Source: Candidatus Hydrogenedentota bacterium
GTDB lineage: Bacteria; Hydrogenedentota; Hydrogenedentia; Hydrogenedentales; SLHB01
Length of the DNA: 64,000 nucleotides
Direction: 5' to 3'
Assembly (NCBI GenBank): GCA_045863335.1
Contig: BTVY01000001.1
Coordinates: 232,671-296,670, forward strand
Positions 49,903 through 58,596 of this stretch are shown one piece after another. Positions within the stretch are counted from its first letter, which is position 1. Each line of letters begins with the position of its first letter. Below the pieces are notes generated by a model that was not told the DNA's origin, did not search any database, and saw only the letters and a list, made by a program, of their open reading frames with translations. Both the position numbers and the translations under genes were made by a program.

Positions 49903-51159
49903 ATGGCAATCAACACAGACACGGCTAAAAAACTCGAAGAGGGACTGAATCCAGCAACGCTCGAACGCATTTCGCAGGCCGTCGATCGCATCGTCCACGC
50001 CAAGGAACGCGGCGGAAACGTCGCGGTAGTAACGGGCAGCGGCCCCAATATTCACGAAGGCGTCACAACACTTATCGCCGAACTCATGCGGGCCGGCGTG
50101 GTCGATGCCGTAACAACCAGCTCCGCCGTGGTATCTCACGAAATGGGCGGCACGCTGGACAAGGTCAAACGCTGCGCGGGCGCGGCGGTCGGCGTTTCTC
50201 CGTCGTTCACGCCGCGAGGCGGAGAATTCGAACTTACTCTAATGGACGACGAAACGCTGGACGCGATTCGCCGTTACATGCCGGTCGACGACGGGCTGAT
50301 CGAGCGGCTCAAGCGTGCGGATGGAAAAACCATCATCAAGGCCGCCGGCAATCTCGGCTATCCCGTGGGGCTCTGGCTCGAACGCCTGTCCTGGGAGATT
50401 TGCGCCCTGGCCCGCAGTCACGGCGCCTCGTTTGAGGAAGTTGCCGGGTTGGGCGCGGACGAGCGCACCATGATCGGCCGGGGAGCGCGGCTGGGTCTGC
50501 CGGTCCTCGTGACGATCCCCCAACTCATCGGCGGCGGCTCCGTCGGCCTGGCCATCGGTGACAGCATCAGCATTTCGGAACGGGCATCCCGCCTGGCTCG
50601 CATGCTCGACAAGGCGGACGTCATCATCGAGTCCGCCGTGGTTCTCACACAGGAAATCCACGACGGTCCCTTCGAACGGTACACCGGCCACGGCATGTGG
50701 GCCGCATGGCAAGGACACCAGTCCTATTCCCTCGAAGGAAAGAGCCTGATTCGCATCGACCTCGACCCCGCGCTCGAACAAGTCTGGCAAGCCGAACAGG
50801 AAGGCAGCGCCGTTCAACAGGCCATCGCGAACGGACTGCCCAAAACGAAGGCATTCAAAGTTCCCTTCCGCATGGAAATGTCAGGCTTTGCCCGTCATGA
50901 AGGCAGCGTCCCGGTCATCGGCGATATCGGCGTGATTTGGCCGATCATGGCCTATCGTCTTGCCGAACGGCTTCATCTCGATCTCGAGTTTCTCTCCTAT
51001 CCCCAACAAACCGAAGAGGGCAAAGCCATGCGCGAAGCCATCGTCCACGATATCAAGCCGATGAACCGCGACCGCATGCTGGAAGGTCTGCGGAATCGTA
51101 TCGCGCAAGATCCGTCGATCTGGAAGGAACGATCTGAGGCCACGGCCTTCCTTCCCTAA
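49903..51159 (+). CDS. Uncharacterised deoxyhypusine-synthase-like (DHS-like NAD-binding fold) protein
   Basis: Pattern AVDRIV.AK..G..V....G...H.GV..LI.ELM..G.V.AV....A...HE, ARLGLPV.V and SAV.L..E resembles bacterial DHS-like proteins; judged by eye. Confidence 0.5.
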   Translation: MAINTDTAKKLEEGLNPATLERISQAVDRIVHAKERGGNVAVVTGSGPNIHEGVTTLIAELMRAGVVDAVTTSSAVVSHEMGGTLDKVKRCAGAAVGVSPSFTPRGGEFELTLMDDETLDAIRRYMPVDDGLIERLKRADGKTIIKAAGNLGYPVGLWLERLSWEICALARSHGASFEEVAGLGADERTMIGRGARLGLPVLVTIPQLIGGGSVGLAIGDSISISERASRLARMLDKADVIIESAVVLTQEIHDGPFERYTGHGMWAAWQGHQSYSLEGKSLIRIDLDPALEQVWQAEQEGSAVQQAIANGLPKTKAFKVPFRMEMSGFARHEGSVPVIGDIGVIWPIMAYRLAERLHLDLEFLSYPQQTEEGKAMREAIVHDIKPMNRDRMLEGLRNRIAQDPSIWKERSEATAFLP

Positions 51160-51238
51160 GGTACCTCGTGTCATCGTTGTCCCTTTGGTCCTTTTGGTCC
51201 CTGATTTCGCCACTGCCCCTGAAAAACGGAGACACCCG

Positions 51239-52378
51239 ATGCCCAATCTCCTGCGCGTAGTACTCATTGCCCTGATAGCCGCCCCGCTTTCCCTCGCAGC
51301 CGAGACGGAGAAAGGACTCAATCGCAGCCAAATGCAAAACGCAACCTCCGCATCCGACTTTCAAGCCGCCGTCAATAACGCAGGCGGCCGCGTCGATTTC
51401 GTATTTGGCGACGACCGCCCCTTCGCCGAATGCCACGCGTCCACCGTGGTACAAGCTCCCGACGGCTCCCTGCTGTGCGCATGGTTCGGCGGCACCCGGG
51501 AAAAAGATCCCGACGTGAGCGTTTGGATCTCCCGGTTCGATGGAACGGCTTGGTCCGCCCCAGAGAAAACCGCCAAGGTCGGTGAGGTCGCCCATTGGAA
51601 CCCCGTGCTCTTTCGTGACTCGGACGACGTCATCTATCTCTTCTTCAAAGTCGGCGTCGACGAAGTGAATTGGGCCACCTATTGGATGCAGACCCAAGAT
51701 GCTGGCGATACGTGGTCGGAACCGTTGCCGCTTGTCGAAGGCGATGTCGGCGGTCGCGGCCCGGTCAAGAACAAGCCGATCATCCTTTCCGACGGCACGT
51801 GGTTGGCCCCCGCATCGCTGGAGCGGAAAGAAGGAGAGCGTGAGATCTGGACCGCCTTCTCCGAGCGCTCCACGGACAACGGAAACACCTGGATTCGCTC
51901 CGCAGACTTCGCGTTACCGGAAGTACGCGACGAAAGATACGGCGGCCCAGGGGCAATTCAACCCACCTTCTGGGAGTCCTCGCCCGGCAAGGTCCACGCA
52001 CTCATGCGCACCGGCGCGGGGGTGGCATGGCGTACCGATTCCAAAGACGGCGGTGTCACCTGGTCTCCCCTCACTGCAACCGATCTGCCGAACAACAACA
52101 GCGGATTTGACGCGTTAAGACTTGAAGACGGTCGCGTACTCCTCGTGTACAATCCCGTGGGCGAAGACTGGGGTCCCCGCACGCCCCTCGACCTTGCCGT
52201 CACCGCGGATAATGGCGTCACCTGGCGGACGATCGCCCACCTCGAAGACGACTCCAACCAGGAAAGCGAATACTCGTATCCCGCGATCGTCCGCACGGAA
52301 GACGGAATTGCCGTGACCTACACCTGGAAGCGGGAGCGCATTCGCAGCTGGCAAATCCCGAGGGCAGCGATAAAGTAG
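51239..52378 (+). CDS. Secreted BNR/Asp-box sialidase-like protein
   Basis: ECHAST, WFGGTRE, WNPVL, GPVKNKPI, four Asp boxes (TQDAGDTW, STDNGNTW, SKDGGVTW, TADNGVTW), EYSYP. Confidence 0.85.
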   Translation: MPNLLRVVLIALIAAPLSLAAETEKGLNRSQMQNATSASDFQAAVNNAGGRVDFVFGDDRPFAECHASTVVQAPDGSLLCAWFGGTREKDPDVSVWISRFDGTAWSAPEKTAKVGEVAHWNPVLFRDSDDVIYLFFKVGVDEVNWATYWMQTQDAGDTWSEPLPLVEGDVGGRGPVKNKPIILSDGTWLAPASLERKEGEREIWTAFSERSTDNGNTWIRSADFALPEVRDERYGGPGAIQPTFWESSPGKVHALMRTGAGVAWRTDSKDGGVTWSPLTATDLPNNNSGFDALRLEDGRVLLVYNPVGEDWGPRTPLDLAVTADNGVTWRTIAHLEDDSNQESEYSYPAIVRTEDGIAVTYTWKRERIRSWQIPRAAIK

Positions 52379-52441
52379 GTCGCGTTCGTCCGCAATCTCC
52401 GGATATCGACCACGGCCATTCGTGAGGTCCGTGAGACAGTG

Positions 52442-53398
52442 CTACGATTTCGAGTCCAGCAACGCCTCGAGCTTGTCGAACGACCCGGTCCAACCCTGCG
52501 TCATGCTGGGGCGATGCTCCAGGAATGCGGCGACCTCTTCCGGCGTGAATTCCCCGACCGGCTTCCAGGTCACGGTCACGCGGGACGACGTGTCTCCCTC
52601 CGCGGTCAACAGCACCGTCGTATGCATTGTCGCGGGCCACACGGGCAACTTCGGGTGGCGGCTGAGGCTCCCATCTTCATCGCAGAACTGCTGCGTGTAA
52701 ACCAGGCGGCTCGGCTCCACGATCTCCTGGTACTCGATGCGTCCGTACATGGTGAGGTCGGTATGATTGGTCATCCGGTAATATGCGCTGCCGCCCGCGC
52801 GGATGTCCGCCTCAAGAAACTCCATATCGAGTCCGACCGGCGGAAGCCATTTCGAGAAGCGCCCGGGATCGGTCCACATCGTAAACAACACGTCGACAGG
52901 CACATCGAAACTGCGGTTGATGACGAAAATGTCGCGCCCGGCAATCTGCTTGTCCAGGTACTCCGCCAGGCGATCCCAGGTCCCATTGCCGCCCGCCTTC
53001 TTGATGAACTCGCGCGTCGCCTGCGCTTCCTCCGCAGTCCGCAACGCCATCGTCATATCCATGGTCGTCTTGCCACCCGACTCGGCAAACGTCACCGTCA
53101 CGCGAAACAGCGGCGCCCGCTCGTCGTTGGCGCCATGGTCGTATACGAGCTTCTTTCGCTCCTCCACCTCATGGTAGAGCGTCTTGTTCGGATAGTCGGT
53201 GCCGTCCGGGCCATGCATCGTGTAATGCCAGATGCCGCCGGGGCGCAGATCCTTGCTATGGGTCGTCAAGGTGAACCCCCGAGGACCCCACCATTGGGCG
53301 GCTTGCTCAGGATCGGTCCAGGCATCCCAGACAATCTCAACGGGGGCATCGTACACGCGGATCAGGCGAATCTCATTCGGTTTGCTCGTGGGGGACAT
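52442..53398 (-). CDS. Tandem SRPBCC/AHSA1 domain protein
   Basis: Two repeats of R.YDAP...VW.AWTDP....WWGP ... GW....DKL. Confidence 0.9.
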   Translation of the reverse strand: MSPTSKPNEIRLIRVYDAPVEIVWDAWTDPEQAAQWWGPRGFTLTTHSKDLRPGGIWHYTMHGPDGTDYPNKTLYHEVEERKKLVYDHGANDERAPLFRVTVTFAESGGKTTMDMTMALRTAEEAQATREFIKKAGGNGTWDRLAEYLDKQIAGRDIFVINRSFDVPVDVLFTMWTDPGRFSKWLPPVGLDMEFLEADIRAGGSAYYRMTNHTDLTMYGRIEYQEIVEPSRLVYTQQFCDEDGSLSRHPKLPVWPATMHTTVLLTAEGDTSSRVTVTWKPVGEFTPEEVAAFLEHRPSMTQGWTGSFDKLEALLDSKS

Positions 53399-53750
53399 GA
53401 GTTGACCTCTTTCTCTGGTTGGATTCGGCAGTAACGGTTTTCAGGTATTCATCAAGGCGATCAAGGCTTTCTTCCCAGAAGACCCGGTACTGCTCCATCC
53501 ACTGGGCCGCGTTCTTGAGCGCTTCAGGATTAAGTTCGCAAGGCCGCCGCTGAGCATCCTGCGTCTTGGTCACGAGCCCCGCGCGTTCCAGCACCTTCAG
53601 ATGCTTGGTCACCGCCGGCAAGCTCATCTTCCCAAGGAACGGCTGCGCCAACTCCGAGACGTTGGCCGTCCCCTGCGCGAGCCGGGCAAGCATGGCACGC
53701 CGCGTGGGGTCGGCCAGGGCGGCGAAGGTTAGCGTCAATTGATCTCGCAT
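53373..53750 (-). CDS. ArsR/SmtB family transcriptional regulator
   Basis: FAALADPTRRAML..L, MSLPAVTKHLKVLERAGLV. Confidence 0.92.
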   Translation of the reverse strand: MRDQLTLTFAALADPTRRAMLARLAQGTANVSELAQPFLGKMSLPAVTKHLKVLERAGLVTKTQDAQRRPCELNPEALKNAAQWMEQYRVFWEESLDRLDEYLKTVTAESNQRKRSTHVPHEQTE

Positions 53751-53756
53751 ACTCTA

Positions 53757-53786
53757 TAACCAATCCGTTAATTAACCATTTGGTTA
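53757..53786. promoter_or_regulatory. Tandem palindromic operator (TAACCA-NN-TGGTTA) for the ArsR-SRPBCC operon
   Basis: Perfect TAACCAttTGGTTA at 53773-53786 and imperfect TAACCAatCCGTTA at 53757-53770, immediately upstream of the arsR start. Confidence 0.7.
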
Positions 53787-53921
53787 TATTAAAACACAGA
53801 GGGCCGACCCTGTCAAGAAGAAATGTTGCACTGAAGGGGTCTGGGCTGCACCGACGGTGCAAATGGTTGGAATTCGGGACTTTTAAAAGTGCTGGCCACT
53901 GGGGACTCAGCCTGGAAAAGC

Positions 53922-54383
53922 TTACTCGATCATCTTCTCGAGCCCGCCGGCCATTCTCAATTTTCGGCTGACCTGATACGCGCCGGTGAATACCGTTTCG
54001 CTGTCATTGAGATTGGAGGGACACACGCGGGCGCTGGCCCGGTTCCAGGCAAGTACGAGGGTTTCCGGATTCGACCCAAAGGTGTACAGCCCGCGAACCA
54101 GCCCGGTGGGGCTGTGCCAATGAAGCTTCATGGGAGTGACGCTCGTATCGCAGAAGTATTCGCCCACAAACGCGTTATCGGAAGGCGCGTCCATGGTCAG
54201 CGTGGTCTCCGTAAAGGTGAGAATGACGTCCCGGAAATACCCCCCACCCTGCAAGACGGTACAGATATCCCCAATCCAGGACCCTACAAGCCGCGGATCC
54301 TTGTCGGTGAGCTGGACCTCGTCGCGGGGATAATCCCCAAAGAGCAAGCCCATGGTCAGTGGCGATGGGTGCCCATTCGCCAT
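53922..54383 (-). CDS. Hypothetical protein, TIGR03067/lipocalin-like beta-barrel
   Basis: LVGSW...LTF....LT...GEY..D.S.TP..L....G..RGLY.....TL.LA pattern; GGAGG RBS; upstream TTGACG/TATTAA promoter-like elements. Confidence 0.5.
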   Translation of the reverse strand: MANGHPSPLTMGLLFGDYPRDEVQLTDKDPRLVGSWIGDICTVLQGGGYFRDVILTFTETTLTMDAPSDNAFVGEYFCDTSVTPMKLHWHSPTGLVRGLYTFGSNPETLVLAWNRASARVCPSNLNDSETVFTGAYQVSRKLRMAGGLEKMIE

Positions 54384-54520
54384 AATTGAAGCCTCCACAA
54401 ATAACGCCAACGCCGTTAACGCCTTACTAATTTCACTTAATACCATAACGGGGATTCTGCGTCAAGGGTTAAGTCGTAGCACACCGCGTTTCGTACGGCG
54501 AGGTTCGAACCTAATCGGCG

Positions 54521-55111
54521 CTATGGAAGCGGAGGAACTTCCACGTGAAACCACCCCCGCAGGTCCCCGTCCGCAAAACCCACGGCCGCATCGTTCGGGT
54601 AGGCATCGGCCAGCGCGGCTTGAACTTCCGGCGCGATGGCGTCACGCGGACCGTGGCATTGAAGACATTGGGAACTCAGGTGAATGGGCAACAAGGCCGC
54701 CAAGGAGCCATCTTCCCAGTTGGCGAGAAACAACGGTGAATCAACCCTGTTCTCCACATACGGAGCCGCCCATGCTGGCGGGGCGTTCTCCGCATTGCGG
54801 AGGCGAAAGGAGGTTCGGCCAATGGTCACGTGGTGCTTGGCGCCGATCTCCGTGGCGAGCGCGGGCGCGATCTCTTTGCATACGCGGATGGCCGACGCGG
54901 CGTCACCGGTCTGCAAGGCTTCCTGCAGATGTCCCATCAGGGTTTGGGCGAGTTCATTCCGTGCGGCCAGGGCGCGTTCCTGCTGCGCGGCCTGCGCCGG
55001 AGTGAGCGCGTCGCCGCCAACCTCGGTCCAGCGCGGCGCGGTGGACTGGCACCCGTAGATAAAGACACCGCCTGCAATCAGTCCGAGAGCGAGAAATCGT
55101 AACCTGCGCAT
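54521..55111 (-). CDS. DUF3365/Tll0287-like c-type heme lipoprotein
   Basis: Lipobox-like IYGC; AIRVC, RTS.RLRN..NAP, CLQCHG heme motif, YP.D.A.GF..GDLRG. Confidence 0.85.
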   Translation of the reverse strand: MRRLRFLALGLIAGGVFIYGCQSTAPRWTEVGGDALTPAQAAQQERALAARNELAQTLMGHLQEALQTGDAASAIRVCKEIAPALATEIGAKHHVTIGRTSFRLRNAENAPPAWAAPYVENRVDSPLFLANWEDGSLAALLPIHLSSQCLQCHGPRDAIAPEVQAALADAYPNDAAVGFADGDLRGWFHVEVPPLP

Positions 55112-55352
55112 CGTATGCTACCTCCACGTGCGTCGTTATTCGCTGAGCCGCTTCGTACCTCGTGCGGCGTCTCGCCGGAAAGCACGGCCTATACTCTATC
55201 GACATCGGACGCGCTATTGCATCTGCCGGCACCCACTCGCTGCCCTCGGACGTTTCGGACTCACCAAGTTGCGTAACACCCTTCTCGTCTGAAAAATGAA
55301 GTCTTCAGTTTAGAGTTACGATGGACCCCATTTCCAAAGAAGGAATCGTTAC

Positions 55353-56234
55353 ATGCAAATCAGACGCGTCCGCGTTCCAGCCAACCATCCGTTACTCAAA
55401 GTCGGCGGGATGCTGGCATTGGCCGTATGTGGCTTCGCTGCCGCTGTCCCTCCCGACGGATCATGGGTCGATGCTGTGGCAATTCAGCTGCACCAAGCCT
55501 GGCAGGCGGGCGAACCCATGCCGCGGCTCAGCGCGAGCCGCCCCGACGCGACCCTCGAAGACGGATACCTCGTTCAAGAGGCCGTGGTCCAACGCATGTT
55601 CGGACCGGACGGCATCGGCGGATTCAAAGCGGCCGGGATCAGCCAGAGCGCGCGCGACAACAATGGCGTCGACGGACCCTTGACCGGCGTGTTCCCCGCC
55701 TCCGGCATACACGAAGTCGATGACGCCATCATCGTCGATCTGTCCGAGGACGCGAACCGGCACGTGGAAACGGAGATGGGCTACATCTTCTCCGCTCCCA
55801 TTTCAAAGCCGCTGCCAGACGTGGAAACCTTGAAGCAGCACATCGCATTCGTCGCGCCCATCGTCGAGCTTCCGGGCAACCCGGTGGACAACCACGAACC
55901 CAACACGACAGCCGACATGCTCGCCTGGAACATCAACGCGAAGGAACTCATCGTCGGGCCGCGACACGATCCGGCGGAGGTCGACGTGGACGCCGTGGCG
56001 ATCACGCTGACGCACGATGGCGCCGTCGTAAACACCGCCAAGTCGGACGAAGCCGCCGGCGGACAATGGGACACGCTGCTCAAAACCGTCAACGACGTCG
56101 TCCGCCGCGGCTATACCGTCGAAACCGGCCACGTCATCACCAACGGCGCCCTCGGAAAGATCCTGAAAGCCGAACCCGGCCATTACCGCGCCGAGTTCAA
56201 GTCCCTCGGCGTCATCGAGTTTGACGTAAAGTAG
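55353..56234 (+). CDS. 2-keto-4-pentenoate hydratase-like (FAH superfamily) protein with putative signal peptide
   Basis: GY.VQ, GFKA, VETEMG, PIVELP, G.VI..GALG; hydrophobic N-terminus MLALAVCGFAAA. Confidence 0.7.
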   Translation: MQIRRVRVPANHPLLKVGGMLALAVCGFAAAVPPDGSWVDAVAIQLHQAWQAGEPMPRLSASRPDATLEDGYLVQEAVVQRMFGPDGIGGFKAAGISQSARDNNGVDGPLTGVFPASGIHEVDDAIIVDLSEDANRHVETEMGYIFSAPISKPLPDVETLKQHIAFVAPIVELPGNPVDNHEPNTTADMLAWNINAKELIVGPRHDPAEVDVDAVAITLTHDGAVVNTAKSDEAAGGQWDTLLKTVNDVVRRGYTVETGHVITNGALGKILKAEPGHYRAEFKSLGVIEFDVK

Positions 56235-56301
56235 CCACAGAATCCATCTCAATTATCTTAGGCGGTGTTTCAAAAGTGACCTATCGACTAGCCGCAGCGA
56301 A

Positions 56302-56375
56302 TGTAGCGCAGGCGTCCCCGCCTGCATTCTTTGCGGTTCATTCCAGATCTTGCAGGCGGGGACGCCTGCGCTACA
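56302..56375. repeat. GTAG-type REP doublet (perfect 25-bp inverted repeat) between convergent genes
   Basis: tgtagcgcaggcgtccccgcctgca (56302-56326) and tgcaggcggggacgcctgcgctaca (56351-56375). Confidence 0.88.
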
Positions 56376-56424
56376 CCTGCCGCATGTCTCTTGAATCGCG
56401 TGAGACCACTTCGGAAACACGCGG

Positions 56425-57981
56425 TTACGCCTCTTCCGTTACCTTGTATTCCATGGCGTCGGCGAGGGCGAAAATCGGTTCCTTCAAATCGCCGTAAGCG
56501 GTCACACGGTGCCAGCCCCAACGGTCCCACTCCGTGAAGAGCTTTTCGAAATCCCCCACGGGTTCCGCGCAGATCTTCGTGCGGCACGCGCGGTCATCGG
56601 GATCGTTGTCAACGGCCTTGCCCTGGTGGAACAGGATCTCTTTCTTCTCCGTATCCACCTGGATGGTCGTAGTCATGTACCCGGTCGGAAGCACGGAGCG
56701 CACGGATGCGCCCTGCCGATCCTCGGAGTGGGTCATGATGTCGAATGGGTTCGCTTCGCCCTCGGGACCAAAGGCCCGGTTCGACGCCACGCAGTGAGCG
56801 TAGATGATCTGCCGCTTCGCCGTGTCCATCACCGGGTCGGAGATGTAACCGGGCCGCCCTTGCGTGAGCGCCGTCAGCGCGACCATGGACGCGGTGGATC
56901 GCACGTCGCATTCGCAGGCCCCGATGAGCCCCTGATTGTTCAGCTCGTGGAATCCCAGGCACGGGTACGCGTGGATGTGCCCGCCGTAGAACCCGCCGAG
57001 GCAGTTGATGGTGATGGCATTCGCGCCGTACTTGTCCATCACCGCCTTCTCGCCGAGATACATGGCGGCCGAAGTTTCCAACACGTCGCGCGGCACGTCG
57101 ATGATCGAGCGCGCACCCAGAGACCAATGATCCGCAATGGCCATAGCTTCGTCTTTATCCGCGGAGGCCCAGGCATCGTTCAGCTCCGCGAAGGGAACTT
57201 TCACGACGGGGATCCCGAACATGGCCGGCTGATCGCCGGACTCCTGATCGCGCACGGCGAGGATCTTCGATTCGCCCAGACGCCGCACGCATTCCTCAGT
57301 CGACAACAACGCCACGGAATCGGGCAGGCAGCTCAGGTCGCCAGGCTTCGGCGTCGTCGCCACGCGTGCGCGCGCCACGGCCGCAACGAACTCGGCCGGC
57401 GCTCCCCCGCTCTGCACCACCGCGAAGCACTTCGCCGCCGCGACGAGGTCCTCAAACTTCGACGACGCGACAAACGCCACGTTCGGCGATTGACTGCGCA
57501 GGAACCCCGCCGTGTACACGAGGAACCCGCCGCTGCCCGCGAACTGGTAGTCGGCATAAATGACCGGCTTGCCCGTACCGGCCACAGTCTGGACGACCTT
57601 GTTCCAGCAGTTCATCTGGTAGACGATGTAGCCGTCGATGTTGGCGGTCGCATCGTCCGCGACGATCTTCGCCGCTTCCTCCTCGCCCGTGGCCATGGCG
57701 GAAACGATTTCGTATTCCGGACAGGCCTCCGCCAGACCGCCCGTGATGCGTTCCATCACGGGATTAAAATCATAGCCCACGTTCGGCCAGTCCGGCCCCG
57801 GCTGCACGGCCGCGTGCAACGAGTAAATGATTTTGATCTTGGCCTTTTGCGCCCCTTGTGCCGCGTGAACCCGCCGCGGAGCGAACAGCGCTCCCGCCGC
57901 GCAGGCACACCCCGCCGCCAAGAATCGGCGACGGTTCATCTGGCACCCCATACACCCCGAAAGATTCCGTGACGTAACCAT
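56425..57981 (-). CDS. Tat-exported L-fucose isomerase-like protein
   Basis: NRRRFL Tat motif; AITINCL, YPCLG, ACECD, ISDP, AHC, CRTK, WHRV..YGD. Confidence 0.65.
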   Translation of the reverse strand: MVTSRNLSGCMGCQMNRRRFLAAGCACAAGALFAPRRVHAAQGAQKAKIKIIYSLHAAVQPGPDWPNVGYDFNPVMERITGGLAEACPEYEIVSAMATGEEEAAKIVADDATANIDGYIVYQMNCWNKVVQTVAGTGKPVIYADYQFAGSGGFLVYTAGFLRSQSPNVAFVASSKFEDLVAAAKCFAVVQSGGAPAEFVAAVARARVATTPKPGDLSCLPDSVALLSTEECVRRLGESKILAVRDQESGDQPAMFGIPVVKVPFAELNDAWASADKDEAMAIADHWSLGARSIIDVPRDVLETSAAMYLGEKAVMDKYGANAITINCLGGFYGGHIHAYPCLGFHELNNQGLIGACECDVRSTASMVALTALTQGRPGYISDPVMDTAKRQIIYAHCVASNRAFGPEGEANPFDIMTHSEDRQGASVRSVLPTGYMTTTIQVDTEKKEILFHQGKAVDNDPDDRACRTKICAEPVGDFEKLFTEWDRWGWHRVTAYGDLKEPIFALADAMEYKVTEEA

Positions 57982-58084
57982 AACAACATCCCTTCCCCCG
58001 AAGGATTTGATCCGCACGTTCCGGATCTAGGCTACACCCAAGGGCGGCGGCCTGTCCACTGGAAAACCCCGGGCGGCGGGGCCA

Positions 58085-58320
58085 AAATTCGAAATCCGAA
58101 GCACGAAATCCGAAACAAATTCGAAAGTTCCAATGACCAAAACATGGCGCGCACGACAGGAAGTACGCTACGGCAGCCGATTTGGCGTTCGCAGCCCCGG
58201 AGGGGCGACTCGGCTGTAGTCACGCCACAGGCGTGATGGAGCGAGGCACGAGCGGAACCCTAGGACACGCAGCCTCCCGACCTCACAGCCCCCGAATGGG
58301 GGCGGCACAATGGCCGTCAC
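58085..58320. repeat. Heptamer repeats (CGAAATC/CGAAGCA) followed by a REP-like hairpin cluster
   Basis: aattcgaaatccgaagcacgaaatccgaaacaaattcgaaa; hairpins gccccggaggggc and gcccccgaatgggggc. Confidence 0.6.
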
Positions 58321-58500
58321 TGCGCGACGCCGGGGCAGCTCCATCATCGTCGGTACACCCCCGCGCACCGTGAGGTGGGCCGGTATAAATGGCCTCGGCG
58401 ACGGCTCGGGCTTTGGAGCCGATGGGGAATGCCTCGGGCGGGATTCCGCCGGCGCGGAGCGTGTCGAGGTAGTCCTGGAGGACTTTGTGGGCGTTCATCC
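58283..58500 (-). pseudogene. 3' remnant (or mini-gene) paralogous to the C-terminus of the 62256..63989 ORF
   Basis: VLQDYLDTLRAGGIPPEAFPIGSKARAVAEA vs ILQYYLDLIRDGKMPPEAFPIGSPYRVQAEA; 58391-58480 (-) matches 63801-63890 (+) at 65/90 nt by hand alignment. Confidence 0.7.
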
Positions 58501-58596
58501 CCTCTTTTGCAGGCACATACCAGCCAGACGTATGTAGCGATTGCCTATCCGAGTTCGAGAGCACTTGAGATTCGCCATTCCCCTATACCCTCGTCG

